From NCBI GenBank assembly GCA_963636125.1, contig CAVHIP010000001.1, positions 4,981-68,980 of the forward strand: 64,000 nt of DNA, written 5' to 3'. Every line of letters begins with the position of its first letter. Position 1 is the first letter of the stretch. The position numbers and the translations under genes are program-made. Shown in pieces: positions 1 to 11,300 of this stretch. This DNA comes from Oscillospiraceae bacterium (lineage in GTDB: Bacteria > Bacillota > Clostridia > Oscillospirales > Oscillospiraceae). Below the pieces are notes generated by a model. That model saw nothing but the letters and a program-made list of their open reading frames with translations. It did not search any database and was not told the origin of the DNA.

Positions 1-255
1 ATGCGGGCGCGGCTCAACGGCGACAACCTTACCGGAAACGGACGCATGAATGGGCGCGGATACAGGAGCGGGGCTCTCGCCTATTTTCTGCCCCATTTTC
101 ACATAGTCACCAACCAGAACAAGAGGTCTGCACGGTGCGCCTATATGCTGCGCCATGGGGATAACCACCTGCGGCGGAGGAGCTATTACGGTCACCGGAG
201 TTTCCGGCGACTTCATTTCTTTGGGATGAACACCGCCTTTAAAAGAACGGGTCAT
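1..255 (-). CDS. rnfC: Rnf electron-transport complex subunit C, N-terminal fragment (gene runs off the window start)
   Basis: Reverse translation from the ATG at 255-253 gives MTRSFKGGVHPKEMKSPETPVTVIAPPPQVVIPMAQHIGAPCRPLVLVGDYVKMGQKIGES..APIHASVSGKV. This is the conserved RnfC/RsxC N-terminus. A GAGGTG Shine-Dalgarno sits just upstream. It is absent from the ORF track because no stop lies in the window. Confidence 0.8.
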   Translation of the reverse strand, partial: MTRSFKGGVHPKEMKSPETPVTVIAPPPQVVIPMAQHIGAPCRPLVLVGDYVKMGQKIGESPAPVSAPIHASVSGKVVAVEPRPH

Positions 256-454
256 TTTACTTCACCTCTGATTTATTATTTTCCAGCCTAGAACTCATGA
301 TATTGTAACACATTGTTCATATCGTTGTCTACAAAAAAGTGCCGAAAAATCACGTTTTTAATCGACAAGTTTATAACAATCCTGTCAAAAAATCCACATT
401 CTTTCGATTGCTATTTTTTTAACAAGATGTGTTTTTCGGCATATCAGTTGAGCC

Positions 455-489
455 TCGATGCGTCAAAAGGCTGACTTTTGACGCATCGA
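455..489 (-). terminator. 15-bp perfect hairpin downstream of the last GtrII-like gene
   Basis: TCGATGCGTCAAAAG (455-469), loop gctga, CTTTTGACGCATCGA (475-489). It begins 6 nt after the stop of the 495-1994 gene. There is no clean U-tract, so terminator function is uncertain. Confidence 0.4.
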
Positions 490-494
490 AGCAC

Positions 495-1994
495 TTATGA
501 CAGCTTAATAATAACTCTGTCATCCCCTTCCGGCATCATTATAGAGCCGGGATCGGGATAAGCGGGCATGTCGTAAAACCAGTCTATCCAGATAATGTCC
601 TCGCGGTACATATATTGATTCTGCCCGAGATAGTTCAGAATAAAATCGCATCTTGTATATATATCTATGAGATTCTCGTTAGGCCCGACAAGCCCCTTTG
701 TATCGATGCTGTCAAGCGAATATTCGCCTCGATGCTCGTTGCCGACTATGTCGATAACCGTATAAATGCTGTATCCGGGCGTATCCATCGCCTGCGCCAT
801 AAGCGTGTTGTAAAAAGCGTATGCGTTTTCATATTCAAGATACATCTTAAGATATATCTCGTTGGCGAAAAACACGTTGCCGACGATAATGACAGCCATT
901 GCGGCAATGGCGGCATCTTTTGCCATAAGCGTCTTGTTTCGCGCAAAGCGATCGGCGGTCGCGGCCGTAATGACATAGACGGAGACGAAGCCGAACTGCG
1001 AAACGCTGTGAATAATATTGACGGAAGCGATAAGATACAGACAGTTGACGCTCAGAGGATAAATCGCCATAAAGAATAGCAACAGAGCAAGTCTTTTCGC
1101 GTCCTTCTTCTTCGCGGCGGTATAAACGAGTACAAACACGACGCCGGCGCCGCAGACAATATGCCCCGCCATCGACAGCTTTGACGGCACGTATCCGAAG
1201 TAACTTTGGAAAATCATCTTTGCAAACGCGGAATAAGCCGTCAATATCCGTCTGGGGATGCTCCCTTCGGCAAAAACCTCATACTCCTGATATTCGTTCC
1301 CCACCGTGGATTTCACAATATAGGTTGCGGCAAGATATATCAGAAGCGCAGCGAGCAGCAGGGAAAAATATTTAACCGCGCTCTTAAGAATATCCGCGGT
1401 ACTGTCCTCGGCGTCTGCCGCGCGGAGAATAAGCAAAATGACAAAATAACTCGCGGCGATGCTTATATATGCCTGATATATTAAAAGCGCGAACGCCAGC
1501 AAGAGGCAGGCGATAATATTTCTTACAAGCTTTCCGTCCAAGCACAGATACACCGACAACACCGTCAGCAAAACCGCCAGAGCGTACGGAGCGCTTGTAT
1601 ACATGAAGCAAAATGTACCCGTCTGAGCCGGAAAGACGGTTATTGCGGATGCTAACAGTCCTTGCAGCAGGGGACTTTTTATCTTAAAAATTCTCACCGT
1701 GACGCATGCCGCAGCGGACAGGAGCAAGAGGCTTATAACGCCGTATATCCACGGCATCGACACATCGGGGAAAATATAGCTCGACACGGCAAGGCCCCAG
1801 CGTCCGGATGTAATGTCCGCGCCCTTTGAAAAGAGCGCCGCAGTTTCATCCGCGTTGAGAAGCTTGTTTGTGAAAGCGTAGCCATGGGCGAAAAGTCCCA
1901 AAATAAACGCGGAAAGAAACGGTATTGCATATTTCTTAAAGAGGCTGCAAATTTTCTCGAAAAGGGCTTCGACAAGAGAATTATTGTTATCCAT
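495..1994 (-). CDS. GtrII-like polytopic membrane glucosyltransferase family protein, paralog 1
   Basis: ORF 495..2009. The likely start is the ATG at 1994 (MDNNNSLVEAL..), preceded by GAGGAGG; the track start at 2009 is a TTG. The N-terminal block FTNKLLNADE..SKGADITSGRWGL..IFPDVSMPWIYG and about 10 TM segments resemble the Glucos_trans_II (GtrII) family. It is clearly paralogous to 2006..3535 and 5122..6636. Confidence 0.6.
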   Translation of the reverse strand: MDNNNSLVEALFEKICSLFKKYAIPFLSAFILGLFAHGYAFTNKLLNADETAALFSKGADITSGRWGLAVSSYIFPDVSMPWIYGVISLLLLSAAACVTVRIFKIKSPLLQGLLASAITVFPAQTGTFCFMYTSAPYALAVLLTVLSVYLCLDGKLVRNIIACLLLAFALLIYQAYISIAASYFVILLILRAADAEDSTADILKSAVKYFSLLLAALLIYLAATYIVKSTVGNEYQEYEVFAEGSIPRRILTAYSAFAKMIFQSYFGYVPSKLSMAGHIVCGAGVVFVLVYTAAKKKDAKRLALLLFFMAIYPLSVNCLYLIASVNIIHSVSQFGFVSVYVITAATADRFARNKTLMAKDAAIAAMAVIIVGNVFFANEIYLKMYLEYENAYAFYNTLMAQAMDTPGYSIYTVIDIVGNEHRGEYSLDSIDTKGLVGPNENLIDIYTRCDFILNYLGQNQYMYREDIIWIDWFYDMPAYPDPGSIMMPEGDDRVIIKLS

Positions 1995-2005
1995 CTTCCC
2001 CCTCC

Positions 2006-3535
2006 TCAACCCAGCTTGACGACCATACAGTCATCTATTTTTTGAACGGAGCCGTAATACGGATACTCCGGCATCTCCGCAAAGCGTTCGTCGTTTTTTA
2101 TGCGTTCCTTCGTTTCATCGTCCGCGAAGGGGATGGATGAGCCGAGATAGTATCTGAAAAATTTCTCCCGGGAATATATATTCACGAGGTCATAGCTCGG
2201 CCCCTGAATATAGCCGACATCGATCTCGTCAAAGCGGCGCAGCTTGTTGTCCTGATCGCCGATGATGGCAAGAGAGCAGTTTTCGTCAAAGCCTTCCGTA
2301 TTTTCAACGCGACTGAGGAGAATGGAATAGAAAGAATACGCATTTTCATATTGTAGATAGAGCTTTAAGTATACTTTATTCGCAAAATAGACATTGCTGA
2401 TTATCGCGATGATGAGGCAAATATATACGGCATCCCTGCCGAGCATTTTTATTTTTTCACCGCCGGAGAGAGCTTTTTCCGCAAGCATCGCGGCAAGGAC
2501 ATATACGCACACAAAGCTGTACAGAGCCAGAGTATGTATCGATTCTTTGCTGAAAACGAGGAACAGGCAGTCGACAGCCAGAGGCAAAATAACCGCCGCG
2601 CAGAGTACGCCCGCCGCCGCAACCGCCTTTTTCTCATGCGCAAGCCTCGCGGCAGTTAAGGCCAGCGCCGCCGCGCAGACAAGCATCAGAGCAATATGGG
2701 CATAACGGGACACTTCGCTTGTGATAAGCGCAAATTCGCGATAGGTAAAATAGTAGGTAAAAAAGTCATACGCCATACGTATTCTGCCTAAGATGCCGAC
2801 AGAATTTTCGTCCGTATAGACGTTCTGTTGTACGTAATAATTAAATTCGCTTCCCGTGAGCTTCAGGACGAGCAGGGTTATCGCAAAGTAAACGCCGACC
2901 GCAAGCAGAAGCATGGCAAGATATGAAAGCGCGTCTGAAAGCAGCGATTTAAAGGAGTTCTCGCCGTTGATGCACTTTTTAAATATATACAGCGCAAAAA
3001 GACCTGCCGCGACGGCAATATATGACTGGTATATGCCGAGGGCAAAGGTCAGGAGAAGCGGGCAGAACAGCCATTTTAAAAGGCCTTTTTCTTTGCAGAA
3101 AACTGCGACGGATGCTGTGGCAAGAAGAAACGAGAGCGCGTACGCGGAGCTTGTGAACATAAAGCAATATGTGCCGGTAAGAGACGGAAAAACCGTTATC
3201 ATTCCGGCAAGGAGTATGCGCATAAGCTTTCCGTTTATCTCAAAGGCGCGGATTATTATGCATGCGGAAATGGCAAAAAGAAAAAGCGTAATTATTCCGT
3301 AGAGCCACGGCATGGATTGGTTTGGGAAAATATATTTTATGACTTCCAGCCCCCACCTGCCGGAGGTAACGGTTGCGCCTTTGCCGAAAAGCGAGTCCAC
3401 CTCGTCGGCATTCATAAGCTTATTCGTAAAGACAAAGACATGCGCCGCAAGGCCGAAAAGAATTGCGGATATAAACGGCGCGGAATATTCTTTCGCGCAT
3501 GACTTCAGTTTTTCGCCGATGCTTTCTTCTTTCAC
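2006..3535 (-). CDS. GtrII-like polytopic membrane glucosyltransferase family protein, paralog 2
   Basis: 509 aa with a GTG start at 3535, AAGGAG 7 nt upstream and a GTGA overlap with the upstream stop. It has the same conserved blocks (FTNKLMNADE..GKGATVTSGRWGL..IFPNQSMPWLYG; C-terminal YLKLYLQYENAYSFY..MPEYPYYGSV..VVKLG). Confidence 0.6.
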   Translation of the reverse strand: MKEESIGEKLKSCAKEYSAPFISAILFGLAAHVFVFTNKLMNADEVDSLFGKGATVTSGRWGLEVIKYIFPNQSMPWLYGIITLFLFAISACIIIRAFEINGKLMRILLAGMITVFPSLTGTYCFMFTSSAYALSFLLATASVAVFCKEKGLLKWLFCPLLLTFALGIYQSYIAVAAGLFALYIFKKCINGENSFKSLLSDALSYLAMLLLAVGVYFAITLLVLKLTGSEFNYYVQQNVYTDENSVGILGRIRMAYDFFTYYFTYREFALITSEVSRYAHIALMLVCAAALALTAARLAHEKKAVAAAGVLCAAVILPLAVDCLFLVFSKESIHTLALYSFVCVYVLAAMLAEKALSGGEKIKMLGRDAVYICLIIAIISNVYFANKVYLKLYLQYENAYSFYSILLSRVENTEGFDENCSLAIIGDQDNKLRRFDEIDVGYIQGPSYDLVNIYSREKFFRYYLGSSIPFADDETKERIKNDERFAEMPEYPYYGSVQKIDDCMVVKLG

Positions 3536-5085
3536 TTGCTTCGCTCCTTTCTCCTTAAAAGCGTACTTATGCCGTCAAGTCCGATGGCTGCGACGGGCAT
3601 CATCAGCAGGAAATATCCCAGCGCATACTGCGATTTCGCCTCAAACATAATGTGGTAGAGCATAGCGCCGAATATCACGAGCGGCAACAGAGCCGTTTGG
3701 ATATCCCGTTTTTTCATAAGGATAATAAGTCCCGCCGTATATGCGGCAAAGACGCACTGCTGGAAAATATTCATAAACGCGTATACTTCATCCGCACGCT
3801 TCTCGCAGGCAAACGAGTATATTTTGCCGGAGTTGCTGTATGATTGACGCGCCTGATTTATCCATAGGCTTTCATATGCGGGCTCGTTCCACTGACTCAA
3901 AAGCTTTTTAACGAAAAATTCAATTGCCTCCGCGGGATCTCGGGCAAATTTTTCAAGTCTTTCGGAAATCGCGGTTTTTGCCGTATCGGCGCAGGCGGAA
4001 GTATCGTAATTTGAAGATATGAAAGCGGTTGTTGTGTATGTCGGGTCATACCAGCCGGGGCCGGATTGCCCTTCGTTAAGCCCCATCGCGAGCCAGCCAC
4101 TCTGCGGTATGCCGCCGCCGAGCTCCTCACCCATTTTTGCTTCATAATACTTCTGCGGCAGCGGCTTCAAAACAAGCACGGCGGCAATCATCAGCAGTGC
4201 CGGCAAAAGCGATCTGTATGATCTGTTTTTAATTGCCAGAACAAGAGAGACTATCGAAAGCGCCACAACGTATATCAGAGTATTCAGCTTCAAAAGAACC
4301 GCGATTGAGATAAATAATACACACAGCAGAGCATATTTTATTTTTTCTTTTTTTCGGAACAACAAAAACATCCACACCGCAAGCGCGGCAAAGGCAAGCG
4401 ACGGCGTATTGCCGTACATGAATGTTGAAAAAATCATGGGCTGGAAGCAGAAAAACAGCAAAAGCGCGGTCAGCCTTTCGACGCGCTCGCTTTCGGAAAG
4501 CAGGCGGCTGATTTTCACAAGAGTATAAAATGTGACGGCATTATATATCACATTGAGAAGCTGCAGGGATATTGCGGCAAAGCCTTCGGGAGCATTCGGC
4601 AGGAAGAGATTGAACAGTCTGAAAAACAGCTCTTCATACAGGGCAAAGCCGAGCTGAAACGGGAAAAAGCGGAAGTATTCATGATAATACGAATAATCCC
4701 CCTTTGCGGCCTGCTGCGCAAAAAAAGTGATTATATACGAATCATTCGTCGGCTGAAGTTTCGCGGAGCAAACAAACGCGGCCGATATAATCACCGTCCA
4801 AAACGCAAGCGCGGCGGTAACAGCGCGGACGGGTATTTTCTGCGTTATCCTCAGCAGAAAATACAGCGCCGCGAAAAGGAGTGCGCAAAAGAGTATGTTG
4901 ATAAACAGATTGTCCTTTGAAAAGGACAACACTTCCCCCTCGCCGCCTCCGGTTGTGACATAGGCGGTGCTTATAAACGCCGATATGACGAGTATCGCCA
5001 TGAAGCAAAGCTCCGCGGCAAGTACTCCTCCTGCGCAAAAGCGGCTGAATTTTTCTTTCCAAGAATTGTCCATAACTTTTCTCAT
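3532..5085 (-). CDS. Polytopic membrane protein, GT-C type (ArnT/PMT-like, GT39/83-like) glycosyltransferase candidate
   Basis: 517 aa with at least 10 predicted TM helices and a soluble-looking C-terminal part (GWYDPTYTTTAF.., LSQWNEPAYESLW). The overall architecture resembles that of ArnT/PMT_2 family enzymes. The assignment is by resemblance only. Confidence 0.45.
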   Translation of the reverse strand: MRKVMDNSWKEKFSRFCAGGVLAAELCFMAILVISAFISTAYVTTGGGEGEVLSFSKDNLFINILFCALLFAALYFLLRITQKIPVRAVTAALAFWTVIISAAFVCSAKLQPTNDSYIITFFAQQAAKGDYSYYHEYFRFFPFQLGFALYEELFFRLFNLFLPNAPEGFAAISLQLLNVIYNAVTFYTLVKISRLLSESERVERLTALLLFFCFQPMIFSTFMYGNTPSLAFAALAVWMFLLFRKKEKIKYALLCVLFISIAVLLKLNTLIYVVALSIVSLVLAIKNRSYRSLLPALLMIAAVLVLKPLPQKYYEAKMGEELGGGIPQSGWLAMGLNEGQSGPGWYDPTYTTTAFISSNYDTSACADTAKTAISERLEKFARDPAEAIEFFVKKLLSQWNEPAYESLWINQARQSYSNSGKIYSFACEKRADEVYAFMNIFQQCVFAAYTAGLIILMKKRDIQTALLPLVIFGAMLYHIMFEAKSQYALGYFLLMMPVAAIGLDGISTLLRRKERSK

Positions 5086-5121
5086 ACCAATCTGCCCGGA
5101 TTTTGCCTGAGGGCAGAAAAC

Positions 5122-6636
5122 TTATCCGAGCTTGACCACCATGTAATCGCCTATTTTCTTCACCGAGCCGTCGTAGGGGTAGACGGGCATTTGCGCCACC
5201 TCGTCATCTGCGTTGAGATCGGCCCAACCGTCCCAATCAATCGGATTATAATCATATCCGACATAATATTTTATAAAATCGTAGCGGCTGTATACGTTGA
5301 TAAGGCCTTCCATGAGTCCGACAATATCGGATGTGTCTATTTCGTCTGTACTCGAAAGGAGGTTTTTATCATCCGCATCGCCGATGATAATCAGCATAGT
5401 ATCGGCATCGTAGCCCTCAGTCGATTTAACGCGCGTAATGAGCGTCGAGTAAAAGCCATACGCCTGCTCATATTCAAGCTTCATCTTGAGATAGATGCTG
5501 TTTGACCAGAAAATGTTGCACACAAGAATCAGCGCAAGGCAAGCGCTGAGCGCGGATTTGAGCCTTTCGGCGCCGGCGGCTTCGGCGATGATTATAATCA
5601 GCGCGTACACTGCCGTAAAGCCGAGGAGCATAAGAGTGTGCCGCTGAGAAGAAATAATATAGATGCAGTTTACGCTTATCGGGAACACCGGCAAAAGCGC
5701 AAGCAACAGCGATTTTGCGGCCCTGCTTTTTTCTTTATGCCCGATAAGCCAGCCGACAAGCGCGAGCGCCGCAACAATAGCGGCAAGTATGTGCAAAAGC
5801 ATGGAGAACTTCGTCGGCGCGAGGTGGTAGTATCCTTTATAAAAATACCCGAAAAACGCGGTAAAGGCCACACGCAGTCCCTTGAGTATCGATTTAAGAT
5901 CCGTATTCATCGCCGCGGAGGCGTAGGAGTTATATTCCGTCACGGCGAAATGCATGACCAGCTTATTTATCACAAAATACAGCGCAAGGGACAGCAGCAT
6001 TGCCGCAATGCACCTGCCGCCGCTTTTCAGCGTGTCTTTTGTTTCCGAGTCGCTGGTCATTATCTGTCTGACAAAATATACCACATAAAGCGATGCGCAA
6101 AGGGAAATGTACGCCTGATAAATTCCGAGAGAGAAGCACAGCAGAAGCACGCCCGCAATGTATCCGCCCTTGCCGCGCTTGAGCGTAAGGTACACGGAAA
6201 GCACAGCCATAAGCACAGCCAGCGCATATGGGGCGCAAGTAAACATATACGCAAAAGTGATTATCTGCGATGGGAACGTGACGAAAAGGCCCGCAAACAG
6301 AGCCTGATAAAGAGGCTTTTTTATTTCAAGCAGCGAGACAATCACCGCGGCGGAAACGGAAAGCATCAGAACGCACAAAATTCCGTTTATCCACGGCATT
6401 GAATAATCCGGAAATATATAACTCGTAAGATACAGCGCCCAGCGGCCGGAGGAAACCGTCTCCCCCTTGCCGAAAAGGCCCGCTATCTCGTCCAGATTCA
6501 AAAGCTTGTTTGTGAACACAAATATATATGCCGCCGCGGAAAACAGCAGAGCGGACACGAGCGTTATTTTATTTCTGCGCGCGGCCGCCGCGGCATCTTC
6601 CGCTATGAGCTCAAGCTTTGATTTTGTGTGTTCCAT
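5122..6636 (-). CDS. GtrII-like polytopic membrane glucosyltransferase family protein, paralog 3
   Basis: 504 aa. Conserved blocks are FTNKLLNLDE..GKGETVSSGRWAL..IFPDYSMPWING and, at the C-terminus, YLKMKLEYEQAYGFY..MPVYPYDGSV..VVKLG. Its RBS overlaps the stop of the upstream GH13 gene (TAAGGATAAAG). Confidence 0.6.
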   Translation of the reverse strand: MEHTKSKLELIAEDAAAAARRNKITLVSALLFSAAAYIFVFTNKLLNLDEIAGLFGKGETVSSGRWALYLTSYIFPDYSMPWINGILCVLMLSVSAAVIVSLLEIKKPLYQALFAGLFVTFPSQIITFAYMFTCAPYALAVLMAVLSVYLTLKRGKGGYIAGVLLLCFSLGIYQAYISLCASLYVVYFVRQIMTSDSETKDTLKSGGRCIAAMLLSLALYFVINKLVMHFAVTEYNSYASAAMNTDLKSILKGLRVAFTAFFGYFYKGYYHLAPTKFSMLLHILAAIVAALALVGWLIGHKEKSRAAKSLLLALLPVFPISVNCIYIISSQRHTLMLLGFTAVYALIIIIAEAAGAERLKSALSACLALILVCNIFWSNSIYLKMKLEYEQAYGFYSTLITRVKSTEGYDADTMLIIIGDADDKNLLSSTDEIDTSDIVGLMEGLINVYSRYDFIKYYVGYDYNPIDWDGWADLNADDEVAQMPVYPYDGSVKKIGDYMVVKLG

Positions 6637-6648
6637 ACATCTTTATCC

Positions 6649-9014
6649 TTATTTTATCCTGATTATTTCGCCTGCATTTGGTTTCGCGCTGCCGCGCACT
6701 ATGCCGCAGTTTGCCGCGGAACAGTCCGCTTCATAAGGAACGCTTTCCCCGCTCCTGTTTATCACGGTAAGATATGCTCCGTTTTCCGCTTCAAGTCCGA
6801 ACGCATCGCGTTCTTGATTTACATAACGTAAGACAAGCAATACATCCGCCGATGCGGTCATATATTCGGCTTCGCCTGTTGAGAGCGCGTCCGCTGAATT
6901 ACGCAGTTTTGACAGGTTTACATAATATTTGTGCAGTTCGGGGCATTCTTCTTTGAACGGCAGTCTGTTGAACGGATCGCACACTCCGCCCATGCCCTGC
7001 TCATCCCCGTAATATATACTCGGAACGCCGGGCAGTGAAAACTGCAGAGCGGCGCAGAGCTTTTCTTTTTCAACGGCTCTGCCGAGAGCTTCCGGAGTGA
7101 AATTGAGCTTAAGCTGTTCTTCTCTCGTAAGCGAGCGAATGACCGTATCCGTCGCGAGGGCATAGCGCACTCTGTCGGTGTCATGAGAACTCAGCAGATT
7201 CATAAGAGAATAATAAAGGGGTTTTGGATAATTCATCTGCTGCGCTATGAGAAAGTCTCTCAGTTCATAGGCATTTATCCGCCCGTGGGCAAAATCCATT
7301 ATCGCAGTGCGAAGCGGATAATTCATCACGGAATCGAGGGATTTGCCGAGAGCGTAATTTCGTCTGCCGTCATAGCTTATTTTTATAACGGCATCCTCCC
7401 AGACCTCGCCCAGAATAATCGCGTCGGATTTTTCCGCTTTTGCGCTGTCCCTTATCATGGAGAGTACTTCATCCGGAAGCTCATCCGCCACATCAAGCCG
7501 CCATCCGGCCGCGCCGCGGCGAAGCCATGTTTTGACGACGCTGTTTTCCCCGGTGATGACATAGTCCTGCCATCCGGCATTCGTCTCGCGCACCTCGGGC
7601 AATTCCTTGAAGCCCCACCAACTTCTGTATTCGTCCGGAAAGCTCTTGAAGTCGTACCAATTATAATAAGGGGAGTTTTTCCCTTGGCAGGCGCCGATAC
7701 TGTTGTAATGGCCGAAACGGTTGAAATAAATACTGTCGGCGCCGGTATGCGAAAAAACGCCGTCAAGTATTATACGGATGCCGAGTTCCGAGGCTCTCGC
7801 GGCAAGGCTCTCAAAATCTGCTTCCGTACCGAGTACCGGATCGGGGCGCATATAGTCGGATGCGTCATAGCGATGGTTGGAGCGTGCCTCAACTATGGGA
7901 TTGAGATATATACAGCTTATGCCCAGCTCTTTCAGATACGGAAGCTTATTTTCTATTCCTCTGAAGGTCCCGCCGTAAAAATCGTCCGGTATATAATCCT
8001 TCTCGAATTCCCGCGGCTGCCAGCGCACGGGAGAATCAAGGCTTTCATGCAGCTCGGCGGTCTGCCCGAGAGATTTATGGTATTCTACGCCTTTTTTTGC
8101 TGTATCATCGTCCGAAAAAGCAAACCTGTCCGGGAAAATCTGGTACATCACGCTTTTTCTGAACCACTGCGGCGTGTCAAAGCCCTTCTCCGCCACGGTG
8201 AGGCGAAAGCCCGGGCATTCTCTGCCGTAAAGCCTGCCGATAAAGCCGCTTCCGTCGGGGCAAAGCCATTGGGTGTTTTCACCTGTTTCTATGCGGAAAA
8301 AGTACCACAACGCGGCCGCTTTGTCCGGCATAACGACCGTACAGCTCCAATACTGCCCGTCTTTTGTAAGAGAGTACTCCTCGCGTATTTCATCGCCGTA
8401 CAGCACGAGATCGGCGCAGCTTATTCTGCCGCCGAGGAGCTTGAATGAAAGCTTAATTTCTTCTCCGCATTCCGTGGCGCCGAACGGCGAGCGGCAGCGA
8501 GAGTCACGGCTGTCATAATATACGGCGAGGGTATTCGCCGCCGCATTTCTCAAAAGGCTCATAACATGGGCAGTGCGCGGCTGTATGGCAAGAAGCTCTC
8601 CGAAATCCACGCCGGAAGCTCTTATGTCGCCGCCGCAGCATGCCGCGGTACGGTACGCCTCGGTGAGAGAAAAGCCGCAGTCATCCATAAGTATGCGCGC
8701 AAGCTCGGAAGCTGCAAGGGGATTGTCATCGCTTTTGAAAAACTCATCCAGCTTTTCAAGCGGGAGACCTTTTCCGATGCACTCATGCATCGCCTCATAG
8801 GCCGCGGCGGAGGCTTCAAAATACCATCGCTCAAGCGCGGGGCAATCTTCGGAAAAGAGCATTTTGCGGAGCTTTTCATCGCCGCCATTTGCCGTCCACA
8901 TCCCGTTTTCTCTGACCGCCGTAACATACGGCCGTTCGGAATATGTGACGGACATTTTATAGTCCTCTGTCCAATTCTCCCTGTATGTGCCGCCAAAGTA
9001 AATTTTATATTCTT

Positions 9015-9027
<13 letters not shown>
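6649..9027 (-). CDS. Glycoside hydrolase family 13 enzyme (neopullulanase/cyclomaltodextrinase-like alpha-glucosidase) with an extra N-terminal module
   Basis: GH13 signature regions are present: VMYQIFPDRF, DGVFSHTG, GWRLDVADELP, LGEVWED, LLSSHDTDR. The track start at 9027 has no RBS and overlaps glgA by 13 nt. The ATG at 8955 (MSVTYSERPY) has an AGAGGA RBS and may be the true start. Confidence 0.8.
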
Positions 9028-10499
<1,472 letters not shown>

Positions 10500-10602
10500 T
10501 CTCCTTATCTCTCAGGCAGCTTATTCAAATTTCAGTTCAGTCATCTGATATCTTTTCTGACATTTTATTATACAGCCAAAGTGGCAATATTCCAAGAAAA
10601 AA

Positions 10603-10628
10603 ATTGCGGCAAAACGTTTTGCCGCAAT
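10603..10628. terminator. Bidirectional intrinsic terminator
   Basis: Perfect 13+13 palindrome ATTGCGGCAAAAC/GTTTTGCCGCAAT, flanked by an A-run upstream and a T-run downstream. It lies 27 nt after the stop of the 10655..11146 gene. Confidence 0.6.
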
Positions 10629-10654
10629 TTTCCTGCTATATGATAATCAACATG

Positions 10655-11146
10655 TCAGAAAATTGTAATTAAGCCGAATGAAACCGCCGACATTATCGCC
10701 GCCGCCATACATACTCCGAGAAAAATCGACGGTACGGCGTGCTTGAGTCTGATGTCCAAAAGCGCGGCGATCAGCGCGCCCGTCCATGCGCCCGTTCCCG
10801 GAAGCGGGATGCCGACAAAAATCAACAGCGCGATGGGACCGTATTTTTCAATCACCGGTCTTTTGGATACGGCGCGCTCCTCCTGCCGGCTGATAAAATC
10901 ATCCAGCTTTTTGTGCCGACCTCTAAGCCATGCAAATATTCTCTTGATGAAAATAATTATAAACGGTACCGGAACCATATTGCCCAACACCGCCGCAAGA
11001 AGAGCCTGCCAATAGTCAAGTCCGGTTAAAATCCCATACGGCAAACCGCCGCGCAATTCGATCAGCGGAACCATCGATATGAAAAAAGTTGCGATAAGTC
11101 TGCCTATGGTGGTGCTCGTAAGCCAAGAAATCATCATTGTCTCCAA
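10655..11146 (-). CDS. Small membrane protein, putative small multidrug export protein family (COG2426)
   Basis: 163 aa with 4-5 TM segments. The motif PLIELRGGLPYGI...LGNMVPVPFIIIF is typical of the Sm_multidrug_ex family. Confidence 0.65.
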   Translation of the reverse strand: METMMISWLTSTTIGRLIATFFISMVPLIELRGGLPYGILTGLDYWQALLAAVLGNMVPVPFIIIFIKRIFAWLRGRHKKLDDFISRQEERAVSKRPVIEKYGPIALLIFVGIPLPGTGAWTGALIAALLDIRLKHAVPSIFLGVCMAAAIMSAVSFGLITIF

Positions 11147-11300
11147 ATTTAAATAATAACATAAGTCTTGAGCATTATATCAAAAGCACAGAAAAAAAAC
11201 AACAGACAACAGACGAGAAATATTTATAATATGTGAATTTATCTTTCTCTTTTTTCGGCAATAGTGTATAATCATGTAAAAAAGCGAAAGGTCAGCCGCA

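Noticed and set aside
1-291. Plus-strand 96-aa ORF at the window start
   Set aside because: It has an Arg/Gly/His-rich, low-complexity translation with no RBS. The opposite strand encodes a textbook RnfC N-terminus with an SD, so the plus ORF is a shadow.
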